From: Heterodontus francisci
Taxonomy: Eukaryota
Assembly (NCBI RefSeq): GCF_036365525.1
Contig: NC_090404.1
Span: 3,534,001 to 3,598,000 of the forward strand
DNA: 64,000 nt
Direction: 5' to 3'
A program made the position numbers and the translations under genes. This document shows positions 34,011-46,880 of the stretch, in pieces (positions within the stretch are counted from its first letter, which is position 1; every line of letters starts with the position of its first letter). Below the pieces are notes generated by a model. The model did no database searches, was not told the origin of the DNA, and saw only the letters and a list, made by a program, of their open reading frames with translations.

Positions 34011-34300
34011 TGAGGGGTTAAGACACAGAAGTATTTCCTGGAATCCCCAGCTGTCACCTGTGAAACTGTTAAGCTGATGGCTCTGCATGTTTTGGCCAGA
34101 GATGAGGTGAAGCCGTGTTTGTCAAATTTGTCACTGTCACTGAACCCATCGGTACAGCGAATGAGAATATACTCTGGGCCCAACCCCGTACCAGCACAGA
34201 CAAGCACTCGCCACCTCGGTATCGGAACAGGTGATAGTCGAGATATTTCTCTCCTGGATGGTCATCTCTGCCTTTGGTTGGTGGGTGATCAATTCTGCAT
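34011..34300 (-). pseudogene. TCR alpha/delta-type V exon, pseudogene (V4); no leader found
   Basis: Acceptor tcctttag|; AELITHQPKAEMTIQERNISTITCSDTEVASACLCWY, then a deletion/frameshift, then GLGPEYILIRCTDG...FTSSL...ISLTVSQVTAGDSRKYFCVL. Confidence 0.88.
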
Positions 34301-34586
34301 CTAAAGGACAGAACAGAAAAAACGTGCAGATACCATGGAACAGAAAACCCAGCAGACGGGGAGACGATCACCAAGATGACCTTCGGATGTCAGCATTTTG
34401 TTAATCGTTTATGGGGATGTGGGAAAGACTGGTATTTATTTTCCATTGCTAATACCCCTCGAGAAGGTGCTGATGGGTCTTGAACCATTGAAGTCCAGTG
34501 TGGTCAAGGAATTCCGACAGTGTCATTGGGAAGGAAGTTCCAGGATTTTGACCCATCAAAAGTGAAGGAATGGCAATACATTCCAT

Positions 34587-34929
34587 GGGCGGCACAGTGG
34601 TGCACTGGTTAGCACCGCAGCCTCACAGCTCCAGCGACCCGGGTTCAATTCTGGGTACTGCCTGTGTGGAGTTTGCAAGTTCTCCCTGTGTCTGCGTGGG
34701 TTTCCTCCGGGTGCTCCGGTTTCCTCCCACATGCCAAAGAATTGCAGGTTGATAGGTAAATTGGCCATTAGCAATTGCTCCTAGTATAGGTAGGTGGTAG
34801 GGAAATATAGGGACAGGTTGGGATGTGGTAGGAATATGGAATTAGTGTAGGATTAGTATAAATGGGTGGTTGATGGTCAGCACAGACTCTGTGGGCTGAG
34901 GGGCCTGTTTCAGTGCTGTATCGCTCTCT
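34587..34929 (+). mobile_element. HE1-like SINE nested in a minus-strand LINE 3' remnant (about 34405-35145)
   Basis: gggcggcacagtggtgcactgg...gggttcaattc (B box)...tgctgtatc. Confidence 0.85.
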
Positions 34930-36559
34930 ATGACATCTCCATGTCGGGATGGCGTGTGACCTGGAGGAGCAGTTGGAAATGGTGATGTTCCCATGTGTCT
35001 GCCGCATTTTCTCTTCTAGGTAGGAGAGGACGCGGGATTGGGAGCTGCTGACAAAGAAGCCTTGGCGAGGTGTCGCAGTGTATCCTGGAAATAGTAAACA
35101 TTGCAGCCACGGTGGGCCGGTGGTGGAGGCACTGGATGATTAACATCAGAAATAGTATCAGGAGTAGGCCAGACAGGCCATCAAACCTGCTCCACTATTC
35201 ACAAAGTCCACGGCTAATCTGATCTTGGCCTCATCTCCATTTTCCTGCCTTTTCTCCATAACCCTTGACTTACCTATAGTTTAAAAATGTGTCTGTCTCA
35301 GCCGTGAATGGACTCAATTGCTCAACCTCCACCGCTTTCTAGAGTAAGAGTTCCAAAGATTCACGAGCCACCTTTACAGTGGGTACAAGGCTCAAACAGG
35401 AAGTGCCGTTGTCGTACTTCCACCCAACCTCGAACTTAAAGGCAAAGCCTCGGGGCTTGTTATGCCCAATGTTAGTTAAACTTATTTCAAAACAGTGTGT
35501 CAATAAAGAGAGAAATAACCATCAGAAAGCTGCTGAACAAACTAGTTTAAAAAGTTGCAATTGCCTATAACGGTATTTTCATTGTGATGTGTTTAACAAC
35601 GTTGAAACTGAGAAAATTGATACAGAGGGAGAGGGAGAGTGTTAAAGGTGTGACTGAGCACAGTGATGCAGAAAGACACCAACAGAGGGAGAGAGATGGA
35701 AGTGAGACTGAGTACATTGATACAGAGAGGGAGTTTTATCCAGCTGTGTATCGATACATATAAAGTCGCAGAAAGTGAACAGGATCGGCACTGTTCTGTG
35801 TAATGCAAATGGACAATGGGAGGACTAAGAAAACACAGCCTGGCTGAGGTAGTGTGACTCACAGGGACACAGAGAGAAGAAACTGGCACTGATGGAAGCT
35901 CGGTGACACACATACAGACTGCAGATTGTACGGGTGTCACAAGGGGGCATGGGAATGTGTTGAAATGTAGGAACCGTAAAGGGAATTGGGGTGATGGGGA
36001 AAAAGGAGCAGAATGGATTGGGGAACTGATTTAAAAGAGAGGTTAAAAGAAAGATAGGTAACAGACAGAAAACAAACAAACTGTAGGATAAAATAAAACG
36101 ATTATACGTATGGAATAGAACAATACAAGTGATTGAATGAAAGGATGGCCTGATAAATATCGTTGTGCAGGTGAGCGCTGCTTCCCTCGATGGGTCAGTT
36201 CAGGGACTATCTGTACTCAATGGACAAATGTTGATCCCCAGGGAGAAGACCAAAGAGTGACATTCCAGCCTCACACAGGTTCAGAGCCAAACCATTTAGG
36301 AGACTGGCATATGGCGAAATCTATCGTCACCCCATCATTACCCTGGACACAGACAACGCCCATGCAGTCGTCTACAAGTAATTGATCGGTATCGGTATCT
36401 GGACTGGACAGAGCTGAGATTGAGTGACAGGCCTCTACTGTATTAGGGGAGGTCAGTGTCACTGACCTGAAGTCAGGTTGATAAATGTCTCTGTACCTTT
36501 AAAATCCCTGCCTCTCTGCACAGGTATTGGAAATGTATTGTAGGACCCCAGAACATTAT

Positions 36560-37130
36560 TAGAGGCATGGTCTAGTGAAGTAATAACTGAGATAGAGCCT
36601 AGAGTTGTATAAAAGAGTAAAGGTCTAGTGTTATATAGCAGAGGCATGACTTACTCTAGCAGTAACAAAAATAATCCTTAGCCTAACATAAACAGACACA
36701 CATTCTAAAGCAGCAATAACTGAAGCAGGGCCTAGCGTAATATAAACAGAGATATGGTCTAATGCAGTATTAACTGAGACAGAACCTGCTTTACTAAAAA
36801 CAGAGTCATGGTGTAGTGCAGTAATAACTGAGACAGGGCCTAGTGCAATATAAACCGAGGCATGTTCTACTGCAGTAAGAAATGAGACAGGGTACAGTCA
36901 AATACAAAGGGATACAGAGGCTATTGTACCATAAACGGACGCAGCGTCCAGTGCAGTAATAACAAAGACGGAACCTAGAGTAATATGAAAAGACGCAGGG
37001 CCTAGCGCAGTAACTAATGGGACAGGGCCCAGTACCATTAAAAAAAGAAGCATCTTCTAGTTCAGAAAGAACGGACTATTGTAAAATAAACAGATATAGA
37101 TTGTAGTGCAGTAATAACTGAGACTGACCC
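36560..37130. repeat. Degenerate tandem repeat, about 27-bp unit with a 54-bp higher-order dimer
   Basis: Recurrent tagtgcagtaataactgagacagggcc / tagtgcaatataaac..gaggcatg. Confidence 0.75.
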
Positions 37131-38011
37131 AAGAGTGAAATTAAACTCGGCAAAATGTATTTCTTATGGTGCGAATGGATTTCACACTTCTCACTAGATC
37201 ATCTTAAACCCGCTTGTGAAAGAATTAACAGAATGGGAGTTCGAACTTTTTGAAGTGGCCAAACTCTGTATTTCTTTTCTGAAGGACCATTGTGTATGAC
37301 AGAGGCTGTAAAATCCATTTTTCAGAGGACGGATGTGCCCTTCAATGCAATCCAAGTCGGTTCTAGGAGCACAATAAGATTTGAAACCTTAGAGCTGCTG
37401 ATAAACAAGAGACAGCACTGCCGTCGGATGAAACTGTTTCCAGGAGCCTTAGCTCAGCAGTTATTGAGCGCCTCTCTGCGTGACCTGCATAACAGTGGCA
37501 GAGATCAGCGGATCCAGACAGATGAATCCTGGAGGTTTGCTGCCATCTGGTGGAATAAGACAGAATGTCTTCTCAGCAATTTTTTCCATCAATTCCGAGA
37601 ACTATTATTTAGGCGTTTCTTTTGTTAGACATTTACAAGGAGAAAGCTCCAAAACGATTGAAGCAATTAAATAGTTGTATTTAGTACAAAACAAAACTCA
37701 ATTAACAATGTTAGATTGTTTCAAAAAATCTTATCATCTAAGGCCATAGATATAAGCGGCATGACCCGTTTCCACTGGAATGCGCTGTCTGAAAGTGTGG
37801 TGGAAGCAGATTTAATTGAGGCCTTCTAAAGCGAATTGGTAATTAGCTGGAGGGAAAATTTCAAACGGCTACAGGGATTTTCTGGTAGAGTGGGACAAGG
37901 TGATTTGCTGATGCAGGAGAGACTGCATGGACACAATGGGCCTAATGGCCTCCTTCTGTGTTGTAACCATTATATGATTCTGTAAGCCACATTACCCTTT
38001 CCACTGGAAGC

Positions 38012-38598
38012 TTTTTTTTATTTCCAAAATATACTTTATTCATAAAAATCTGTAAATAAAAACATGACAAAACTGTTCCAAAACAGCACCAAGTCAAAAA
38101 AATACAAACAGTGCAAAAGAGATCAGTTTCCTTCAATACAATCATGAGTTGCCTCACAACCCTTCCATTTCATTTTTCATGCCATATACATTTTACAGCA
38201 AACGGAAATTTTCCCAATACAGTTCGAGGGGTTTCCCATGGATCCAGCCCCTCAGTTCACTATGGCGGGGGGCACCTTACACTGTGGTCTGTCCCCATTG
38301 AACCTTTGCTGCGGCTGCCCCAAGCGTTAGTGCGTCCCTCAGCACGTAGTCCTGGACCTTGGAATGTGCCAGTCTGCAACACTCGGTCGTGGACAACTCT
38401 TTGCGCTGGAAGACCAGCAAGTTTTGGGCAGACCAAAGGGCATCTTTCACCGAATTGATAGTCCTCCACCAGCAGTTGATGTTTATCTCGGTGTGCGTCC
38501 CTGGGAACAGCCCGTAGAGCACAGACTCCTGTGTTACAGAGCTGCTTGGGATGAACCTCGACAAAAACCACAGCATCTCAGCGTTGATCTCCTGCTCA
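38012..38598 (-). mobile_element. L1/Tx1-like LINE 3' fragment with poly(A) end
   Basis: LYGLFPGTH...VKDALWSAQNLLVFQ...CCRLAHSKVQDYVLRDAL, AATAAA and an A-run on the minus strand. Confidence 0.75.
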
Positions 38599-38934
38599 TA
38601 GAGTGACTCAACCTCATTCCTGTCACGATTTTGAGCTTTAATGTGTTGTATCATTCATCGTCTTAGTCACATCTTGCTGACATGATAATATGTAACTATC
38701 TTCAGATTATAATTTAATTAGTATTGAACGCGTTAACCCATTAATTTGTATTGTAAATACTACCATTCTGTTAAGTGATGTGGGTGCCATTTTATAGTCT
38801 TTGTACACTGCCTTTTCAATGGTTTGTGCCCCACCGTCGCAAACATTCTGCTACTTTCTCAATTAGCATTTTGTATTCAGTTGCCCTTCTGACCATCTGG
38901 ATTGATACACAGAACACTCTACACCTGTATTGTT

Positions 38935-39840
38935 TTTTCAGGGGTGCATCGGTTGGAGGGTTTATGCCGGTAAGAAGATCTGCACTGGTCAGAAATGTTG
39001 TATCAGCTGGAGAGTCTGCTTCAGTTGTAAGGGCTGTATTGGTTGAGTGGTCTTTATTGGTTAGCGGTCTGCATTAGTTCGAGGATCTGTATCAATTGGA
39101 AAGGTTGCGCCTTTCATGGGGTCTGTAGCGGTTGGAGGAGCTGTATCAGTTGGATGGTATGTATCGTTTGAAGGAGCTGTGTTGTTTGGAGGTCTGTTTT
39201 GTTGGAGGGACTGAGACGGTGGCAGGAACTGTATCAATCGTAGGGTATGTTTTTGTTGCAGGCGCTGAGTAGGTTGGAAGAGTTGTATCAGTTTGAGGAG
39301 CTGTATCAGTTGGCGAGGCTGCATCCGTTGGATAGTCCATACCAGATGAAGAGGATGCATCATTTTGAGGGGCTGTACTGGTTGAAGGGCTTGTATCAGT
39401 TGAAGGGACTGTGCCAGTTTGAGGCTATGTATCAGTGGAGGAGCTGTATCAGTTGAAGGGGGTGCGTCTGTTGGAGGTTCTGTTCTGATTGGAGGGCTAT
39501 GTTGGTGGAGAGTCCATACCTATTGGAGGGATTCATTGGTTGGAAGGCCTGTATGGTTGTAGGGTTGTGTTGTTTGGAGGGGTTGCATCAGTTGGATGAA
39601 GCTGTATTGTTTAGAGGGTCCGTAGCATTTGGAGGGATTTTTGTTCTTTGAAGCGTGTGTATTTGTTTGAAGGTCTGTGTCCAATGGAGTGGTTGCATCA
39701 GTTAGGAGCATTGCATCAAGTTAAAGGGCTGTATAAGTTCTGGATCTATGGGAGGGGATATATTAATGGAGGTGTTCTGTTGACTTCGAGTGTTGTATTA
39801 GATACAGATGCTGTGTTATTTTGAGAACTGTATCTGTGTG
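38935..39840. repeat. Degenerate 18-bp minisatellite (tgtatcagttggaggagc)
   Basis: Dozens of diverged copies; the minus strand reads as TDTAPP-like hexapeptides with frameshifts. Confidence 0.85.
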
Positions 39841-40392
39841 AGGTGTTGAATTCGTTTCAGATGCTTTATTTGTTGCATTTCGTAATGCATTGTCATAAAT
39901 AACACACTTTAATCACTTAAGTAAATGCCCACTTTTAAAGAGGTCAGTCACAACCTAGAGGGCAGTGTAGTAGCCCTGAGAGATACACGCTGACATTTCT
40001 AATGGTGTCGGCTGAAAGAAGGACGTCACTTAAACAACATGAGATCTAGAGATGTGCCTGACAGTGTCAGAATGGACAATCTCATTGCTGGGAGAATATA
40101 GCTTCTAATTTTCATTCGTTAATTTATGTGATCAGAATTGTCCGATGTTTGGGGTTTTTCAATTCAATCTCAGAGCTAAATGTATTTTACCACAACAGGG
40201 ACTCAACCCGATGTCATAACCTGTTTGCTCAAATTAAAAACACAACAAAACAATCTGAACCATGTTGCAAACTCAATATCCCTATGGAGATCCTACTGGG
40301 TATAAATTAGAAGCTTTGCAAATATACCACCTCCAAGTTTAATTCAGAAAGATTGCTTGCAGCACGAAGGGGCAGATCACTTCACACAGAAA

Positions 40393-40459
40393 ATGCTTGA
40401 AACATTTCACAGTATCAGCAAAGTATACTACTTGATTCTTGCTGTTATTGGTGTTCCTG
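40393..40459 (+). CDS. GPR139-like GPCR paralog C, exon 1
   Basis: MLETFHSISKVYYLILAVIGVP/G|GTAAGT, TATAAA at 40301; in frame with the exon at 45633. Confidence 0.9.
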
Positions 40460-42099
40460 GTAAGTGACTATTACTATTGAGGTTGTGTAAGTCTGTGTGT
40501 AAGCTGGACTCTGCATTGACTCAGTGACAGATGATGTTACAAACAGATATAATGATCTCTGTTTATAAAGAGACCACCTCAGTGATATCATTTTGATGAG
40601 TCAAATGTTCTGAATTATCATTGTGACGCTATGCCATTGCCTCAACTCAAAAGAAACGTCTGTTTCTAATGCAAAGTTCAGTAAATTATCAACTTATTCA
40701 TTTAGTGGAACATGGCTGATTGTTGAATCAGACCTCAGTGCAGGAAAATCTATAAGCGAGGAGGGCCTGTCTTTATAGAATTGACTCAGTTTCAGCTCCG
40801 AACCAAAGTGGAACACCTGAACCCAGTGTTCATTCGTTATTGGGCGCATCTGTAGCTGTATAATTTCACTGAGTTGGGATCAATAACCGAGTGTAATACC
40901 TGCCCCTGCTATTCATGTATTACTGGGAGTATATGTCATGTGGAATTGTACTGAGAGTGGGTCACTAACAGGTGTGAAACACCTGATTCTATTTTCCATG
41001 TACGACCGGGAGTATCTGTCACTGTAAAATGCAGAGTGGGTCACTAACCGGAGTGGAACAAGCCAGTTGTACATTGAACTCATTGTTTCAGGTGACTTCT
41101 CTCTACACTCCATGGAGTTGGTTTCGTGTTGTACGAACGGAATCGATTGAAAAGGGCAAGGTATTTTATTGTTGGTTGAAGATGTTTAGGAATAAGTGTA
41201 TAAAGTGAAATGCATTGCATTTCTCTGTTTCCTATTAAACTGCACCATCAGAAACAGATGTTTTACGATTTACTGAGAGCTAAACAGCAGGGCAGCACTG
41301 TTACAGTATTCCAATCCTCGGTATGATGACATTTTTACTCTAGGTCTAGTTAGTGGAAATACTTTCTGATGTTGATTAAGTCCCTTTCCCCAACATCTCC
41401 TGGGACTCTGTCGGTCTTGAGTTTTGAATTTTATTGCCTTGCTCTTACACAGGATGAATGTTGGGTTGTGGTTATTTTTATTGCACAGCTGTAATTAGCT
41501 AAGTTTTCAGGAAATAATTCTTATCCATGATTCAGAATCTCTGTGCATAGAACCTGCACCGATCACTCCCCATAGCTCAGTGAGATGTGTTCCTGGAACG
41601 AGACACATATAAATGAGGAACATACATTTCGAGTTTTCATAATACATAGATCAGTCCGGGAGAAGTAAACAATAACATAAGTAAACTGTTAATAATGAAA
41701 TAAACGGTGCACTGCTTCAACAAATAAACTACCACAATATCGACATATATTATGAATGAACTGATGACTGTGATTAACTAATACACAAGTTGCAGAGAAT
41801 TACGTGGGCATTACAGAATCTGGCCATTTAGTCAGTTATGTCTGTGTTTATATTCTGCACGAATCTCTCACCATCCGAGCCCATTTAAAACTATCTTCCA
41901 ATCCATCTATTCTTTCCTCCCTCATGTACTTATCAACCTTCCCCTGAAATGCTATTCACCTCAACTACTTCCTGTGGTAACAAGTTCCACATTTGCACCG
42001 TTGTGCATAACGAAGTCTCTCCTGCATTCCTTCTTGGATTTAACAGTGACAACCCTCTATTGAAGAACACCATGTTTGGTCTTCCTCATAAATTTATTT

Positions 42100-42426
42100 T
42101 TAGTTTTTTATTTAGAGATACAGCACTGAAATAGGCCCTTCAGCCCACCGAGTCTGTGCCGACCATCAACCACCCATTTATACTAATCCTACATTCCTAC
42201 CACATCCCCACCTTCTCTATATTCCCCTACCACCTTCCTCTATTAGGGGCAATTTATAATGGCCAATTTATCTATCAACCTGCAAGTCTTTGGCTGTGGG
42301 AGGAAACTGGAGCACCCGGTAAAACCGGGAAAACTTTCAAACTCCACACAGACAGCACCCAGAATTGAATCTGGATCGCTGGAGCTGTGAGGCTGCAGTG
42401 CTAACCACTGCACCACTGTGCCGCCC
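42100..42426 (-). mobile_element. HE1-like SINE inserted in an old minus-strand CR1 remnant
   Basis: Same consensus as 32876-33217. Confidence 0.85.
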
Positions 42427-43269
42427 AAAGAATAATGCCTACCCCAAATTTCCTCTATCCACCTCCTTTATGATTTTAAAGGTCGATATTAGGTCAGCAC
42501 TCAACCTTCTCTTATCTATGGAAAAGAGCCTGTTCAAACTTTCCTGATAATTACTGTATCTGAATTCTAGTGTCATTCTTGCAAAAAATATTTCTGCTTT
42601 CCGCAGGGTCTCAATGTTATTTTTGTAACATGAAGAGAAGAACTGTACACAACGCGCTAATTCTTGCATAAACCAACGTTTACTATAACTACTCTGCTTT
42701 TACATCTCCTTCTCTACAAAGAGCCCCAGTGTTGTAAACACATTTCAAATGTCGTGTTACCTTCTTTCTCTAATTCAAGTCATTTATGAATCTATACCCC
42801 CGGAACAATTGGTCCTTGCAATACTTTATCAATTATTTGCCTCATTTCTGGCATAAATGTATTGGATTCGTTTGATGGATTCATTCAGTTATTTCTTAGC
42901 AGTTAGTTCCTCCCCTTTCAGATCTCTCTGTCTTTTTCAGCCTCTGACTCCTCACCAACTGGCTCACTCTGTCCCTACTATCAATCAACCTATGTAGCTT
43001 CCTTCCTTCTGAGGTTAGAGCTGAGCTCAGATGTCCATTTATATATCTGACCATGTCAGTACGACCCTTTCTGATCCAAAGTTAAGTTAACCCGAGATGC
43101 CCTAAACTCACAACAGGCGGGATCCTTCCTGGCCCACAGCAGTAGGCGTTGCCTGGTCATGTTCCCTCCACAGACTCCTGTGGGTCCATTCCGAGGGCCC
43201 TTTATGGTATTTACTAGTTTTGTTCTGTACACGCACACCACTCCCACTGACACTCTTCCCTCCCTTACT

Positions 43270-44530
43270 GGCTCTGAGCTACTCAGGCTCCCTGTTTCGC
43301 CTCATTCTTCGGTACAATGATGAACGTGTGTTACCAATTCCTTCTTTCACGCTGAACTGGAAAATATAATCAACAGTGCTTCTAATTTCCCACCACCCTC
43401 GCCTTCACATTCTCATTCTCTGACACGTCACGCCCCTTCCTAGAATTCTCTATCTCCATTTCACGGCATAGGCTTTCTACCAATAGCTTTTGTGATCCGA
43501 CCGGCTCTCACAGCTACCTTGACAACACTTCCTCTGTAAGATCTTACATTGTAGAGCGCTATTATAAATCACTGGAAGAAACATACGGCACGACCTTTTG
43601 TAAAGTGAGCCTTTATTATTGACTCCCCCTATTGGCACACTGCGATTGCTACACCAAGCATGTACAGTGGCCGCAGATGAACAATTCACTATATATCAAA
43701 TGAACAATACAATACATTGTCCAAGCCTGCTTCCTGTCATGACTTTTCTATTCTCCCATTTCTCTGACTCCTTTGCATCTGTTCTGACGATGCCACTTTC
43801 CAACCCGTGCTTCTGAATTGTCTTTATTTTCCTCAACCGAGGATTCACCTCTACTGTGGTTGCCAGGGGTTTGACCATGTCTATCGCATTTCTCGCGTTA
43901 CTGCCCTCACCACCTCCCCTCGCTGCCAGAACCATGACAGTGTTCCCTTTGTTCTCAGCTTCTATTCCAACAACCTCCACATTCAACAGATCATCCTTCC
44001 TCCCATCTCCACCGTGTCAGCCAAACCCACCACTAAGCACATATTCCTCTCAACTCTTGTTCCACACGCCTTGTGACACACTGGGGTTCACTCTTCTATC
44101 AGCCCCAACATCGGTTCCCTTCCCGCCGACACCTTCCTATGCAAACACAGGAATTGCAACATCTGCCCTTTTCTCTCCTTCCTTCCGACTACCAGGATCC
44201 CAAGCCTTCTATGCAACATAGACTTACTTGTACTTCTTCCAATTTAGTTACTGCATTGACTGTCCATGAATCAATGACCTTGCAGAAGACTAAAGACAGA
44301 TTGAGTGATTGCTTTGCTGAACACTTCGTTTAAGTCTGGAAGCACATCCCTAAGCTTCCAGTCGCTTGCTTCTATATATCTACATCTCGCTCCAGCTCTG
44401 GCCTGTCTGTCCTTGGCCTCCTACATTGTTCCACATCTAAGCTCAATGTTGAACAACGCTTTGTTTTTCGAGGAGGTACTTTATTGCCTGCCAGACTCAA
44501 CACTGAGATTAAAAACTTCAGATCACAACC
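43270..44530 (+). mobile_element. Decayed Penelope-like element
   Basis: FLRY.D-like RT remnant, then TCTSSNLV and TKDRLSDCFAEH GIY-YIG-region remnants. Confidence 0.65.
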
Positions 44531-45632
44531 ACAAATCCCATTTTCTCTCGGATTCCCTGTGCTGGTAATGGAGGATGCCTACACCAGTGCCACTGGGAGT
44601 GGAGAATGTGCGCGCTGGTACTTGGGTCTGGGTCCCCTATTGGCACACGGCTGACTGGCAGGTGTAGAACCATGGGTCCACCCACCTTTCTCCAGCAAAT
44701 TTCCGGACCATTGGAGCCCTCTCCGCTTGACTCGATTTGTTTTGGTCCATTCCACTTTGTTATTCTAAATTAAGCATTTAAACGTCTTCTGGAACCTGCT
44801 TTAATTTTCCCATTCGCCTTCCACCATCATCCCTTTCGTCATTGACTCATTTCTGCTCTCCACCAGATCACAAACATCCTTTGCTCTTTCCTCCCCACTA
44901 AATCCCACTCTTTTCTGACTCTATCATTGCTTTATAACTGTTAATTTCTACTATCTTCCTGTTTTAATGAAAGATTATCAAGCTGAAGCGTTAACTTTGT
45001 TTGTCTGTCCACATATGCTGTCTGATTTTCCTTTTTTTCTCAAGTATTTAGACTGGGATAGTAAGAGGGCTGGGTAACACAGGTGGTGGTTTGGGATGGA
45101 GGGCGCGGTGGGGGCGCAGTGCCTTGGTGGGGTCGGACTTCCAACAGCCAGTTCCCACCCCCACCCCCCACCACTGTGAAGTTTTTGTTTTCTGGGGTGC
45201 AGCTTTTGTCCTTGACAGGTTCTCTGACAAAACGTCAGCTTGACTGACAGGCTTCTCTTCCATTTACCAGGCGTGGACTCCGGAATAGGCTGCATGACCA
45301 GATAGGTCCCATCCTGGACCCCGGAGGATCTGTCCGATCCTGGGTAATCTGTTCACGGACATGGGGCAGGGTCCAACCCCCACCGGCAGGGGTCTTTGCT
45401 TGAGGGGCTTCCGATCGGGGGCTGTGCTTGGGAGCCCAGGCGCAAACCGTCTTGTTAATCCTGGCCTACAAGCAGTGTTGCAGAGGCAAGTTCCATCTCT
45501 TTTAAAAACGTTCCCCAGGACTGAGAAACCCGGTTTTTGGTGATAAAATCCAGCCGCCTCCTGCCTCGACTCAGATACGGAGAATATTTGATCAGTAACT
45601 TCCAGTCTTTTTTTTCCTTCTCTCTCTTACAG

Positions 45633-46543
45633 TTAATTTAGTGGCGATTATGATCCTGTCCCGTGGAAAGTGCGGACTCTCCACCTGCACCACTCGCTAC
45701 CTGGTGTCCATGGCAATAGCGGATCTACTGGTCATTATCACTGAGGTCATACTGTCCCAGAACAGTTACTATTATTTCCCAGGATCTTTCCTAGACATCA
45801 CTCCTGTGTGTCGATTTATCCACATCCTGATTAATGCAGCCACAGACTGTTCTGTCTGGTTCACCGTCACTTTCTCCTTTGATCGATTTGTCACCATTTG
45901 TTGTCACAAGCTGAAAACAAAATATTGCACTGGGAAATCTGCAGCGGTGGTTCTGGCAACAACCTGCATTCTGCTCTGTTTAAAAAACATCCCTTACTAC
46001 TTTACATATGAATCTGGAGAGATAATCGACAATGTACCATGGTTCTGTTATGATAAGCCTAGCTATTATACTGAGCCCGGATGGGTGGGAATGGATTGGT
46101 TTGACAAAGTTTTAACTCCATTGCTTCCATTCCCTTTAATTCTGTTGCTCAATGCTCTGACAGTCAGATACATTTTAGTAGCCAGTCAAGTCCGTAAGGG
46201 ACTGAGGGGTCAGAGCAAGGGAGAAAATCGCAGTGACCCAGAGATGGAGAGCAGAAGGAAGTCTGCTATTTTACTCTTCACCATTTCGGGCAGCTTCATA
46301 CTTCTGTGGTTGTCATATGTTATAGATTTTTTACATTACAAAGTTGCAGGAACAGATCCCAACAATTACAATGCTTCTTTATATATCTTTGGAGAAGTTG
46401 GATTTATGCTGCGGACCTTAAATTGCTGCACGAACACATTTATTTATGGGGTGACTCAGTCCAAGTTCAGAGAGCAGTGCAAGAGCATAGTGAAATATCC
46501 GGTTACATCAATTATTCAGTTGATCAAGAAACAAAACAACTGA
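45633..46543 (+). CDS. GPR139-like GPCR paralog C, exon 2 (intact; 325 aa spliced)
   Basis: Acceptor ctctcttacag|; seven hydrophobic segments; YLVSMAIADLL, FSFDRFVTIC, PWFC, LLPF, CCTNTFIY; TGA at 46541-43. Confidence 0.93.
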
Positions 46544-46684
46544 GACCAGCGCAGCTGCGGACCACAGTGTTTCCAGTCCATAAATGTAATATTTATCCAC
46601 AGACTTCCTTCAACAGAATGGCACCAGAAATCCTTCAGAACCTGTCTTCAGCATTTGCCTATCTTCCTCCAATGCTTCGCCAGT

Positions 46685-46880
46685 TAGAACATAGAACATA
46701 GAACATTACAGCGCAGTACAGGCCCTTCAGCCCTCGATGTTGCGCCGACCTGTGAAACCATCTGACCTACACTATTCCATTTTCATCCATATGTCTATCC
46801 AATGACCACTTAAATGCCCTTAAAGTTGGCGAGTCTACTACTGTTGCAGGCAGGGCGTTCCACGCCCCTACTACTCTCTG
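46685..46880 (-). mobile_element. Short 5'-truncated young CR1 (3' end only)
   Basis: Near-identical reverse complement of about 49805-49990 with a (tagaaca)n tail. Absent from the paralogous region near 280-300. Confidence 0.92.

Noticed and set aside
34587-34630. Perfect CACAGTG heptamer at the SINE 5' end as a cryptic RSS
   Set aside because: Part of the tRNA-derived SINE head; no nonamer at 12 or 23 nt.
36165-36385. Possible exon remnant ending ...LAYGEIYRHPIITLDTDNAHAVVYK*
   Set aside because: No recognisable family, upstream stops in that frame and no clear splice context.
36560-37130. CRISPR-like periodic repeat
   Set aside because: Eukaryotic context, degenerate units and no unique spacers; an ordinary minisatellite.
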